A DNA stretch of 64,000 nucleotides, from the NCBI GenBank assembly GCA_038087875.1, contig CM075987.1, positions 25,360,001 to 25,424,000 on the forward strand, given 5' to 3'. Every line of letters begins with the position of its first letter. Position 1 is the first letter of the stretch. The position numbers were made by a program, and so were the translations under genes. Source of the DNA: Malacoraja senta (Eukaryota). Shown in pieces: positions 25,258 through 35,724 of the stretch. The notes below the pieces were generated by a model. The model did no database searches. It saw nothing but the letters and a program-made list of their open reading frames with translations, and was not told where the DNA came from.

Positions 25258-25687
25258 CCCAGCACAAATTGGAGGAACAGCTCCTCATATTTCGCTTGGG
25301 CAGCTTACACCCCAGTGGTATGAATATTGACTTCTCTAACATCAAGTAACCCTTGCTTTCCCTCTCTCTCCATCCCTCCCCTTCCCAGTTCTCCGACCAA
25401 TCTGACAGTCCCCCTGATTATATTTCATGTCTGTTTGCTTCGTTGTCACCTTCTCCAGGATAACAATGGTTTATTATACATTTTTCTTGATCTTCATCTC
25501 TTGTGATCTCTTACACTTCCTTATCTCTGTAACTCCCTCTCCCCTGACGCTCAGTCTGAAGAGGGGTCCCGACCCAAAACGTCACCCATTCCTTCTATCC
25601 AGAGATGAGGCCTGATCCGCTGAGTTACTCCGGCATTCTGTGTCTATCTTTGGTGTAAACCAGCATCTGCAGTTCCTTCCCACACAT
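25258..25687 (+). mobile_element. Penelope-like 3' fragment (GIY-YIG C-terminus, 3' UTR, terminal motif)
   Basis: KLEEQLLIFRLGSLHPSGMNIDFSNIK*, then CTGAAGAGGGGTCCCGACCCAAAACGTC and the terminal CAGCATCTGCAGTTCCTTCC. Confidence 0.88.
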
Positions 25688-26339
25688 GCCATTTTATAAA
25701 TTGCATATAACCAGCATCTCAATTTGATATGTACAAAATACTTTGGCTTTACTGCTCTAAGATACACTGGATATGCCTTCATGATTTCTATTCACAATTG
25801 CGCAAATGTGATGCCTGTAAATAAAATTACAGTTGACCCCTTGGTACACCATCTAAATTGATAAACTCAGTAACAACATAAAATACAAATTGTTATTGAG
25901 ATGTAATTTTATTCCTGACAGATTCAATAACTGTCAGTTCTGATCACGGATCAGGATTCTGATTTCAGCATCAGTTCAATTCAATTTGATTTGAGATGAA
26001 TTTGAGGCCATTGTATAACATGCACAAATCAGGTTATATCCAGCTTTAATCTTCCTGATCAATTGCAAGGGGCAGCACTCCAATATGATGAGTATAGTAA
26101 CATCAATATGTAATTACCATATTATTCCACCATTAGTAACATTTTCATTGTTGGTGTCCTCTCTCGTTTTTCCAAACCCTTCAGCTCATAAGATTGAGTA
26201 ACGCAAATATATTTTAATCAATGCAGCTGCGTGTTATGTCAGTCAAGATCAGAGAAAGCCGAACTGCATCTTGCAAAGTCCACCCATTTTGGAATTAAGG
26301 ATTCAAGCATGAGGCAGTTAGTTGCATGATCAGAATTCA

Positions 26340-26732
26340 AAGATGAGTCACACCCTGGCCACTCCCTCTTCTCCTCTCTCCCATCAGGCAAAAGGTATAG
26401 AAGTGTGAAAACACACACCTCCAGATTCAGGGACAGTTTCTTCCCAGCTCTTATCAGGTAACCAAACTATTCTACCATAACTAGAGAGGTGTGCTGAACT
26501 ACTATCTACTTCTTTGATGTCCCTTGGACTATCCTTGACTGGACTTTTGCTGGCTTTACCTTGCACTAAACGTTATTATAGACAATAGACATTATTCCCT
26601 TCTCATGCATCTATATGCTGTAAATGGGTTGATTGTAATCATGTATTGTCTTTCTGCTGACTGGATAGCACGCAACAAAAAGCTTTTCACTCTACCTTGG
26701 TACACGTGGCAATAAACTAAACTGAGCTGAAC
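26340..26732 (+). mobile_element. Rex1/Babar-clade LINE 3' fragment
   Basis: HPGHSLFSSLPSGKRYRSVKTHTSRFRDSFFPALIR, with 3' UTR ending CAATAAACTAAACTGA. Confidence 0.85.
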
Positions 26733-27778
26733 AGAACTGATTTAAGGGAATAGGATGCTGGAGTAACTCAGCGGGACAGGCAGCATCTCTGGAGAGAAGG
26801 AATGGGTGACGTTTCGGGCCTGAAGAAGGGTCTCGAGCTGAAACGTCACCCATTCCTTCTCTCCAGAGATGCTGTCTGACCCGCTAAGTTACTCCATCTT
26901 TTTATGTCTCCCAACATTCAAACATGTGACGGGATTGATGGAAACACTCGAAAATATTGTCCTCCACCTTTTCCAACAGTCATTGCAACCTTTAAATTCT
27001 TGTCATTAGAACGCAAGTTTTTTCCATTAAGAAATACATTTTACCATCCAATAAGATAGGGACATTTTATTATTTGTAAGGAAGCAAATTGTAGATGACA
27101 GGACGGTTCGGGCTTTTTCCAGTGTTCAGAAGACATTGCCTTAGCATTCTGCTCCAGAATTCCTTTTAAACATGTTTTCTCAACCAGGAAATTAAACATC
27201 TTGTGAAAGTGCTGTTGAAATTGTAATGCATTTGACCATCAGTTTGAATTCTGATCTTTGAAAGTACCAAAACGCTGTATCTGGTGCCAATAGTTTACGG
27301 GCCAGTTAAGCTGAACAGGTGGGCTATAATTTATGAAGTATTATGAGTTTGATGACTAATAAGATTTCCTGTACCAATTAGTTTTCAGAATAATCACAGC
27401 AAGAAGATCATTATCAGTCCTTTGGGACTGATTATAAAACAGACAGGGTCAAAAGGGATTGAACTTTTATGGATCGGTAAATTTGTGTGCAGTGTTAAAA
27501 CTTGTTAATCAATGCCAACAAGACAGCCAGGCAGCTTCCACAGAGCCAGCCACAATAATAGTAAGATTAAACGAGAACTTACCAGTTTGAAGTTTGATCT
27601 GTATTTTATGAGGAGTTACGATGAGGGATTACGTGAAGAGCCCGTCCAGCACGCATGCGCGACATTCTTCAAAGCAGCGGTGTGGAATCACAGGAAACAC
27701 AACAATTGAAATAAACATAGTAAAGAAAAGGAGAACTAAGATACCAGTTGATCTATAATTGAGGGTGGGAGCGGAGGG

Positions 27779-27891
27779 CACGTAATCCCTCATCGTAACT
27801 CCTCATAAAATACAGATCAAACTTCAAACTGGTAAGTTCTCGTTTAATCTTACTATTTTACTTCGGAGTCACGTGAGTGACTACGTGAAGA
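27779..27891 (-). repeat. DIRS internal complementary region (ICR)
   Basis: 27779-27857 is the exact reverse complement of 27557-27635. 27855-27891 is the exact reverse complement of 30977-31013. The two halves overlap on ATT. Confidence 0.95.
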
Positions 27892-28057
27892 TTTTAAAGC
27901 TCGGTGATTTCAAACCGTGTAACAGTTCATACTTCACTCGCTGCCGAAGTCATTCAAGGGAGGAAGTATGTTATCGTAATCAACCATAATCTGTTTGTAA
28001 ACAATAATGGTATCTATTAAACAATAACAAATGACAAAATGCTCCCCCGGGCTTAAA

Positions 28058-28960
28058 TTATATATTTTTGCAGATTTTAAAAGTTTCTGCAAATAACACA
28101 GGTTCTGCTAGCGGCTTGTGGTAGAACGTTTGGAACGTTTTCTCCATGTTCATTCTTTTAGCCGCCGATGTGGATGCTGCCCTGGTGGAGTGAGATGTAT
28201 ATACATCAGTATCTACTCCAGCAGCTCCCAGTACCTGCTTGAGCCATCTCGAGATGGTTTGGCTCGACACCCAACCATGAGGTTTCTTGTGGCTGACCCA
28301 TAAGACTTTTTTTTTTTTCTTCTTTTTTTTTTCTTTTCCTTCTCCCTCGAGAATCTCTTGTTGTGTTGATGTAAGTGAATAAGTGAGTCATGACACACAA
28401 CCGTAGGTCAGGTGGGTATGCCCGGAAATCCATAACTAGGACTCAAGTTCCTGGCTTGCTCTGCTTTAGCAGCTCCTGAATGGTGAATGAGACCCGGTCT
28501 GGTGTTATAACCATGTTGTCCAGTCGCAGTAAGTGGAGGGACTGGACTCTTTGTGCTGAGACTAGTGGCATCAGCATGACCGTTATCAGGGTTAGCTTTT
28601 CCAGGGTGAGACCTGGCTGGGGACCATCCCCTTAGGTATGTCAGGACCACACTGACATCCCAGATTTGGGTATACCTAGGTCTAAGAGGGTTGGAGTTGA
28701 CGATACTCCTCATGAGTTTGATCACTAGCGGTTGAGACCCTATGGCCTGTTGTCCTGGCACCTGTTTTAAGTAGGCTGACAGCGCACGTCTGGCAGTATT
28801 GATGGCGCTGTAGCTCAATCCTTCATTATGGTGAAGGCCCCCCAGGAACTCCAGTACATTGGTTATGGTTGCAGATGAGTACGTTGTCCCAGTAGTCGAG
28901 CAGTATCTTTCCCACTTCCTGATGCTCGATAGGTATTGTTTCCTGGTGGACATACGGTGT
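28058..28960 (-). pseudogene. DIRS tyrosine recombinase (frameshifted)
   Basis: STRKQYLSSIRKWERYC..VLEFL..GLSYSAINTARRALS..PRYTQIWDVSVVLTYL, and SQTISRWLKQVL..YTSHSTRAASTS (HSTR = HxxR box). Several frameshifts and a T-rich expansion at ~28306-28342. Confidence 0.92.
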
Positions 28961-29104
28961 CATCATGTTGATGGTCCTGTCAGACACCCCAGTCCCAGCA
29001 GTGGTCTTTTGATAATCTGCAACCCAGTAGGTTAATTTTGTCATGGCATGGATGACTTATGCCTGATACAGGGTGCGTCAATAGGTCTGGGCTACTGGGA
29101 AAGA

Positions 29105-29461
29105 TCAGAGGAGTTTCGATGACCATGTCGAGGACCACTGGGAACCATGGCTGTGTAGGCCAGTTGGTACTATCAAAATACCTGAAGCAGAGTCCATCTC
29201 TATTTTGCGTAGTACCCTACAGATTAAGGCAGAAGGGGGGGGGAAAGCATAGAAGAAATAGGTCCCCCAGTTCAGCGCGAATGCATCTATCGCTGCTGCC
29301 TCAGGGTGTGGTTCCCAAGGGACATACATTGGTACCTGGTGATTTAGTCTGGATGCAAAGAGATCGATATCTGGTGTGCCATATTGGTTTGTAATTTTAG
29401 CAAAAGCTCTAGGATTTAACATCCATTCGGTGTTTATCATTGAATTTGCGTGACCTGGCAC
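29105..29461 (-). pseudogene. DIRS DNA N6-adenine methyltransferase-like domain
   Basis: PDIDLFASRLNHQ..AAAIDAFALNW..FYAFPPP..LICRVLRKIE..GILIVP is the DLFA/DAF/YAFPP signature following RNase H in DIRS1 pol. Confidence 0.85.
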
Positions 29462-30810
29462 TGTATTTAGCTTACCTGGTAGGTAAGTTGCTGATAGCCA
29501 AATATGTCTATCGACCCACCATTACCAGATTGTGTTGACCCAATTGTCACATGATATCGATTTTATTCCGCCCATATGGTTAATATAGGCCACCACCGTG
29601 ATATTATCAATTTGTAAATGAACATGCAAGTTGTGCATATTCCTAGAATATGCTTTAAAACCATAAAACGCACCCAACATTTCCAAATAATTTATGCCCA
29701 GTGTTTGTAGTAAAGATGAGTCTAGGTTAGTCCATCTACCACCTGTGCTGGATATGGTATTAGTTGCTCCCCAGCCTTGAGCACTGGCATCTGTTTGTAT
29801 AGTTAACGTTGGGTTATTGATGATGATAGGGCTGGAACTATGCCAAATGTGTTATATCCACCATTGTAACTCTGATATTGCTTCAATGGGAAGTTTCATT
29901 GTTCGGTCAAAGTGACCTGCATGTCGTTTCAACGCCTGTACCTTTGCCCTTTGTAGGTGCTGTTAGTGCAGGAGTCCAAATTGTGTAGCTGAAAATGCTG
30001 CTACCATTTTGCCAATTACTCTTGCCACTTGTCGGATGGTTGGTCGATTGCTTACCATTAAATTGTTGCACGTCTGTGCCAATTCTGCTGCTTTACCTTT
30101 TGGCAACATTACAGACATGTGGATTGAGTTAATTGTGAATCCCAGATAGTCCATAGTTGTGGATGGCGTCAACTTAGATTTATCTGGATGTATGACAAAA
30201 CCCAGGGTTTCAAATAATTGTTTGGTAGCTAATACAGCTGATTTAGCCAACTCCATGGTTTTGCCTACTATTAGGATATGATCAAGATACGCCATGACAA
30301 TTTGTCTTTGTTTCGTTAATGTTGCCAAGGCTGGTTTTAATATCTTGGTAAATAGTCTAGGGCTGATGTCAACCCATTAGGCAACAATTTATACTGCCAT
30401 AGTTGCCCCATCCAGGTAAATTTCAGGTATTTGCGATGCCCCTTGTGAATGGGTACTGAATAGTAAGCATCTTTTAAATCAATGCTTGCCATAAAGTATC
30501 CTTTGGAAACCAGTTGTTTAGCAGTTACAAATGTTTCCATTTTGAAATGTACATACTTAACAAAGGTATTTAGTGAGGTTAAGTCAATGATGATGCGACA
30601 TCCACCATCTTTTTTGCTTTTGGTAAATATATTTGAGACAAATTCCAAAGGTTCATGTTTGGATTTCTCAATGACACCCTTTGTAAGTAACCTCACCAGT
30701 TCTGCTTGAGCCTCTAGTTCTCTTTGACTGAGAGGGTAAAGACCCTTTGGGGTACGTGCTGAACTGGTGGCATGTTTTCTTGAATGAACTCTATTTTGTA
30801 TCCCCGAATA
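29462..30810 (-). pseudogene. DIRS reverse transcriptase-RNase H (frameshifted)
   Basis: FVSNIFTKSKKDGGCRIIIDL..HFKMET..SIDLKDAYYSVPI..LPNGLTSA; AYLDHILIV (YxDD changed to YLDH); YLGFTI; RNase H TDASAQGWGA..INYLEMLGAF..QIDNITVVAYIN. Confidence 0.94.
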
Positions 30811-31083
30811 CTGTTAAGTATATAACTATCATTCATGAGACACCTCCTGTTAGTACAGTTCCCCCATTTACATGCTGGTAGGAACCAGACCCACCTACCT
30901 CCATAGTTATGGTAGTGTTCCTTTCTTCCGTTTGTTCATCCGTCGTTATACTGTCGCGCATGCGTGCTGGACGGGCTCTTCACGTAGTCACTCACGTGAC
31001 TCCGAAGTAAAATCTGCACATCTATTGCAATGTGAAATTTCAGTGCAGTTGGTCACCACCTTCTGAGGTGTTGCAGTTATTTC

Positions 31084-31403
31084 TAGTTTAGTTTAGTTTA
31101 AAGATATAGCGAGGAAACAGGCCCTTCGGCCCACTGAGTCCGCACCGACCAGCGATCCCCGCACACTAAAACTATCCTACACACACTCGGGACAATTTAC
31201 ACTTACACAAAGCCAAATAACCTACAAACCTGTACAACTTTGGAGTGTGGGAGGAAACCAAAGTTATCGGAGAAAACCTACGCAGGCCACGGGGAGAACG
31301 TGCAAATTCCATACAGACAGCGTCCGTAGTCGGGATCGAACCCGGGTCTCCGGCGCTGCAAGCGCTGTAAGGCAGCAACTCTACCGCTGCACCACCGTGG
31401 CCG
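31084..31403 (-). mobile_element. tRNA-derived V-SINE, full length
   Basis: All SINE domains present in reverse complement, with (CTAAA)n tail. Confidence 0.92.
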
Positions 31404-31624
31404 TCCTATGGCACGTTAGACAGAGATGAACCTTTAAATGACATTTTAAGCGCTCTAAAAATATTTTTCTCTATCTGTAAATGGTCAATTATCCTGCAAA
31501 CCCACAAAACCGGAGCACCCGGGGAAAACCCACACGGTGACAGGGAGAACGTACAAACTCCACACAGGCAGCACCTGTAGTCAGGATCGAACCTGTGTGG
31601 CAGCAGGTCCATCACTACGCTAGT

Positions 31625-31978
31625 GTGTAATGATAGGAAAAGTTTCCTGGAGAGGACAAGGCAGCGTTAGTGGAGAGGTCGGTGCGGTCGTCAATGATGG
31701 TGGTGGCCAACCAACGAGGACGCACACACGGAAGTGAGGATGTCGCTGCCGGGGGAAGGAACAAAGGATGACCCGGCATGGGGGGGATCGTCGTGAGGGA
31801 GGGGGGAGGGAAAGGAAAAACAAAGGGGGAACTGTCGCGGGAGAGGGGGATTTGTAACGTTGTACGCGCCCTTTATGGGCGACTATTTGCATACCTTGGC
31901 AAGGTATGCTAGCAAAGAAAGAATTTCACTGTGACTTGTCACATGTGAAAATTAAGTATTCTATTCAATTCAATTCAA
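31625..31978 (+). repeat. Unclassified retroposon 3' portion with purine-rich body and (ATTCA)n tail
   Basis: Ends ..GAATTTCACTGTGACTTGTCACATGTGAAAATTAAGTATTCTATTCAATTCAATTCAA, resembling the Rex1-type 3' stem-loop plus tail seen at 51230-51280. Confidence 0.5.
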
Positions 31979-33115
31979 AGTGTTTGGGTGATCATTGGTT
32001 GGCACGGACTCGGTGGGCCGAAGGGCCTGTTTCCACACCATAACTCTAAACTAAACTAAACGTCAGTTCAGTTCAGTTTATTGTCATGTGTTCCGAGGTA
32101 CAGAGAAAAGCGTTGTTGCGTGCTAACCAGTCAGCGGAAAGACAATACAGAATTACAATCGAGCCGTTCACAGACAATGAAGGGAAAATGTTTTCTTTAA
32201 CAGAGGTGTCATAATCAAAGGACACAACTTTAACGGCAGCCTAGGACTCTATTCTTTGGAGCGCAGGAGGATGAGCGGTGATCTTATAGAGGTGAACAAC
32301 ATCAAGACAAGAATAGGTCGGGTAGCCACACAGAGTCCATTGCCCAGAGTAGGATAATCGAGAACTGGAGGACATGGACTAAGTCTGGTTTACTGTCATG
32401 TGCACTGAGGTACAATGAAAAGCTTTTGTTGCTTGCTAACCAGTCAGCAGAAAGACAATACATGATTACAATCGAGCTGTCCACAGTGTACAGTTACATA
32501 GGAGGGAGAGATAGATCGCCCATGATTGAATGGCAGAGTAGACTTGATGGGCCGAATGGCCTAATTCTGCTCCTATCACTTATGAACTCATGGATATGAC
32601 AAAGGGAATAATGCAAATTACGTTTAGTTCAAGATAAAGTCCAATAAAACAGAAATTGCTGGAAATACTCAGCGGTTCAGTCAACAACTGAAAGAGAATA
32701 TAGACATAAAAAGCTGGAGTAACTCAGCGTGTCTGGCAGCATCTCTGGAGAGAAGGAATAGGTAATGATTCAGATCAAGACCCTTCTCTAGACTGAGAGT
32801 CAGGGGAGAGTGAAACTAGAGATATAGACGGTGATATAGGGGGATGGATGTAGAACAAATGAATGAAAGATGCAAAATAAAGTAATGACAAGAAAGGAAA
32901 CAGGCCATTGGATCGCTTGTCGGCATGGATACGGTGGGCCGAAAGGCCTGTTTCCACACTGTATCTCTAAACTAAACTCAATTAGAACTCTGTTACTGGG
33001 GTGTGTTTGTTGTTATTCTTAGGAACGATGGAATATTTTAGGTTAGAATGTTACACAATCGAGCACATTAGCATTCTACATTTTTTTTCATTCTGATGGT
33101 CTCTTTTTCCCCAAC

Positions 33116-33408
33116 TTTAGTTTAGTTTATAGATACAGCACAGAAACAGGCCACTCAACTCACCTAATCCATGCTGACCAGCGATCCCCGCACACTTAAC
33201 ACTATCCTACACACAAGAGGGACAATCTGCCAAGCCAATCAGCCTACAAACCTGTACATCTTTGGAGTGTGGGAGGACCCGGGGAAAACCCACGCAACTC
33301 ACGAGGAGGACGTACAAACACTGTACAGGCAGCACCCAGAGTCGGGATCGAACCCGGGTCTGTGGCGCTGTGAGGCAACAACTCTACCGCTGCACCACCG
33401 TGTCGCCC
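33116..33408 (-). mobile_element. tRNA-derived V-SINE
   Basis: Reverse-complement A/B boxes and tail. Confidence 0.85.
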
Positions 33409-33999
33409 TTTCTTTACTGCTTTTTAACAGTAATCAGAAACTATTTAAGCAGTCCTCAGATTTTCACATCGACAAAGCCCAACAAGTTATTAGATGAAGA
33501 AAATTTAAAAAAACTGCAGATGCTGGAAATTCAGAAGAAGAAACAGAACTAATGTTTCAAGTTGAAGGCCCTTGATCAGAATTTGGAAAGTCCACGGGTT
33601 TTCGACCTAAAATATTAACTCTATTTTCCTTTCTGCCCTGCTGAAAGTTTCCAGTACTTTCTGATAATACCTTGCAGCAAAGTCTTTCACCATTCAAGAA
33701 AATGTGGATTATTTCTGTTCTATATTTTTACTCATCTGAAAAACATTTCAGAAGTTTCAGGTTTAAGATGCAGGAACTGTTAACAAAGATGCACCACAGA
33801 TTTTTCAGACACTTCCTTGATCTGTAATCCTTGAGAAATAAAACTGTTAACACATTATTTGATTTATATTTTGTGCTGTAAGTTGCAGCTTCAGGCTGAT
33901 CCTGAAAAATGTACATTTGCTGGAGAATAAAAGGACATTCCTTCAGGAAGGAGATGAGGAGGAAATAAACAAAACTAAAAAGGTCCTCAGTGTTGTGTA

Positions 34000-35117
34000 C
34001 ATCACCGGACATACAAAGTGGAATCAATAAGGCTAGGGTGGTGTTTAACATGCTCAGGAAGATCTGGAGCTCAAAACACATCGCAATCAACACCAAAATA
34101 CGCATCTTCAACTCAAATGTGAAACAGGTGATGCTGCATGGATCAGAGACATGGAAAACTACAAAACACACCACAAACAGGCTGCAAACATTCACTAACA
34201 TCTGCCTTAGGAGAATACTTAACAGCTGGTGGAGAGACAAAGTAAGCAATGTGGACCTGTGGAAAAGAACAAGCCAGGAGCCCATTGACTTACAAATTCG
34301 AAGGAGAAAATGGAATTGGATTGGACACACCCTCAGGAAACCTGCCACAAACATTTCCCGGCAAGCCCTGAATCTTCTGAATCTTCTGAATTTGTAGTCG
34401 GCAGGGCAGTACTCTGCATATCGCCAACTTGGATGTGTTGTGCATACTAACATGTTGTTAGTGCCCCCTTAAAACTGTCTAGTGAAGGTGATTTGACTAT
34501 ATTGTCTAGTTTATTCCATTCCCTTAAGGTTCTTACAAAGAATGAGTTCTTATAAATATCTGTCCTGGCGAATGGGGTTTCTATTTGCATATAATTTCTC
34601 TTTCTTGTTCTCCTTTCTGTTGAGTATGTGATGTATCTATCTGCAGTTATGCCCACCATCCTCTTTTGAATCTTGTACAACATGGCTAGTCTTGTTCCTT
34701 GCCCTTCTTGTTTCCAGCATTTCCAACCCCAGGTCGGACAGCATCTGGGTGACACTGCTACCTCTATTGTAGTTCCTGATGCCAAAGCGTGCTGCTTTCC
34801 TCTGTATCCCTTCTAGTTTGTTGATATGACCAGTTTTGTATGGGTCCCAGGCGCATGAAGCATATTCCAGTAAGGGTCTAACCAATGTTGTATATGCTGT
34901 GGTTTTCACTTCCATTGGGAAATGGAACCCCCAAGGAAAAAGGAAAAGAGGTCGCCCCAGAAACAGCTGGAGAAGAGGTGTCCCGACAGAAATGTCTGAG
35001 AGTGGGCTCAACTGGGGAGATCTCGAAAGAACTGCCAACAACCCAGTGAGGTGGAGGACATTTGTCAATGGCCTATTCTCCCTAGAGGAGCAAAGGGCTT
35101 AAGAAGAAGAAGAAGAA
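34000..35117 (+). mobile_element. RTE-clade LINE 3' fragment, split by a nested LINE
   Basis: INKARVVFNMLRKIWSS..TKIRIFNSNVK..GSETW..LRRIL..RRRKWNWIGHTLRK..RQAL [insert] WNPQGKRKRGRPRNSWRR..RWRTFV..*, then a TAA(GAA)n tail. Confidence 0.94.
34371..34918 (-). mobile_element. L2/CR1-group LINE 3' fragment (Daphne/Crack-like; clade uncertain) nested in the RTE
   Basis: TAYTTLVRPLLEYASCAWDPY..LEGIQRKAARF..SSVTQMLSDLGL..RLAMLYKI..YKNSFFVRTLREWNKL..SLDSFKGAL*, with a (CAGAAGATT)n tail and one frameshift. Confidence 0.85.
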
Positions 35118-35145
35118 ACATGTCCTCTGATCAGCAGAGTTCAAA

Positions 35146-35199
35146 GGGGTGGAAGATTGCAACCTTCACGTGGTCCGCCCTGTTTCGACTAATGCAATC
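35146..35199 (+). ncRNA. Predicted minimal HDV/CPEB3-like self-cleaving ribozyme (54 nt)
   Basis: P1 GGGGUGG/CCGCCCU (G1.U wobble), P2 GAUUGCA/UGCAAUC, P3 ACC/GGU, L3 UUCACGU, J1/4 GU, vestigial P4 UUCGA, J4/2 CUAA with catalytic-position C35189. Confidence 0.88.
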
Positions 35200-35285
35200 A
35201 ACTCGACGTGCACAAACGGAAGATCAAATAGAACAAGTTGTCCAACAACTTTAGGCTGTGCACGCCACACGAAAGAAGAAGAAGA
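35146..35285 (+). mobile_element. ~140-bp non-autonomous retroposon with 5' HDV-like ribozyme and (GAA)n tail
   Basis: 13-bp TSD AGCAGAGTTCAAA at 35133-35145 and 35286-35298. A second copy with the same 5' end lies at 6574-7367. Confidence 0.9.
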
Positions 35286-35724
35286 AGCAGAGTTCAAACA
35301 TTTCTGGAAACGATACAATTGTCGAACATTTGATAACTGTGTAATTAGTTAATGAGTTGAATGTAGCCTTTCCGTCACACGTATATTCCCCAAAGGGTAA
35401 ACTCAAATAGGATTTGTATAAGAAATGAAAGCACTTCTTGTGGGAAAAGAGCCTAAAGTGCAAACCGTTGAAATCTGCAATTTAATTAGATTGAATACAA
35501 CAGTTTAGAAATCAAATCGCTGAAAGAAACATTGAAGACGCACATAAAGTAAATGATTTGAGTTAAAAATAAACTCCATTGAAAATTTACATGATGTAAA
35601 AATGATGCTTAGTCAGCAGTCAATATAAACTGATCTTGCAAACCCAAGCTGTCAGTTCTCTGCCAAGAGAGATGATCGTTACTGCAAACTTTCTTCCTTC
35701 AGTTGAAACATGTCAAGGTTGCAC

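Larger units (their letters stand above)
27557..31013 (-). mobile_element. DIRS1-like tyrosine-recombinase retrotransposon, gag-deleted, both termini intact (3457 bp)
   Basis: RT-RNaseH-methyltransferase-YR remnants on the minus strand. Inverted termini 27630-27664 / 30952-30986. ICR at 27779-27891 is complementary to both outer ends. AAT at both boundaries. Confidence 0.96.

Noticed and set aside
33728..34453. 241-aa minus-strand ORF
   Set aside because: Antisense shadow of the RTE coding strand plus flank, with no recognisable domain.
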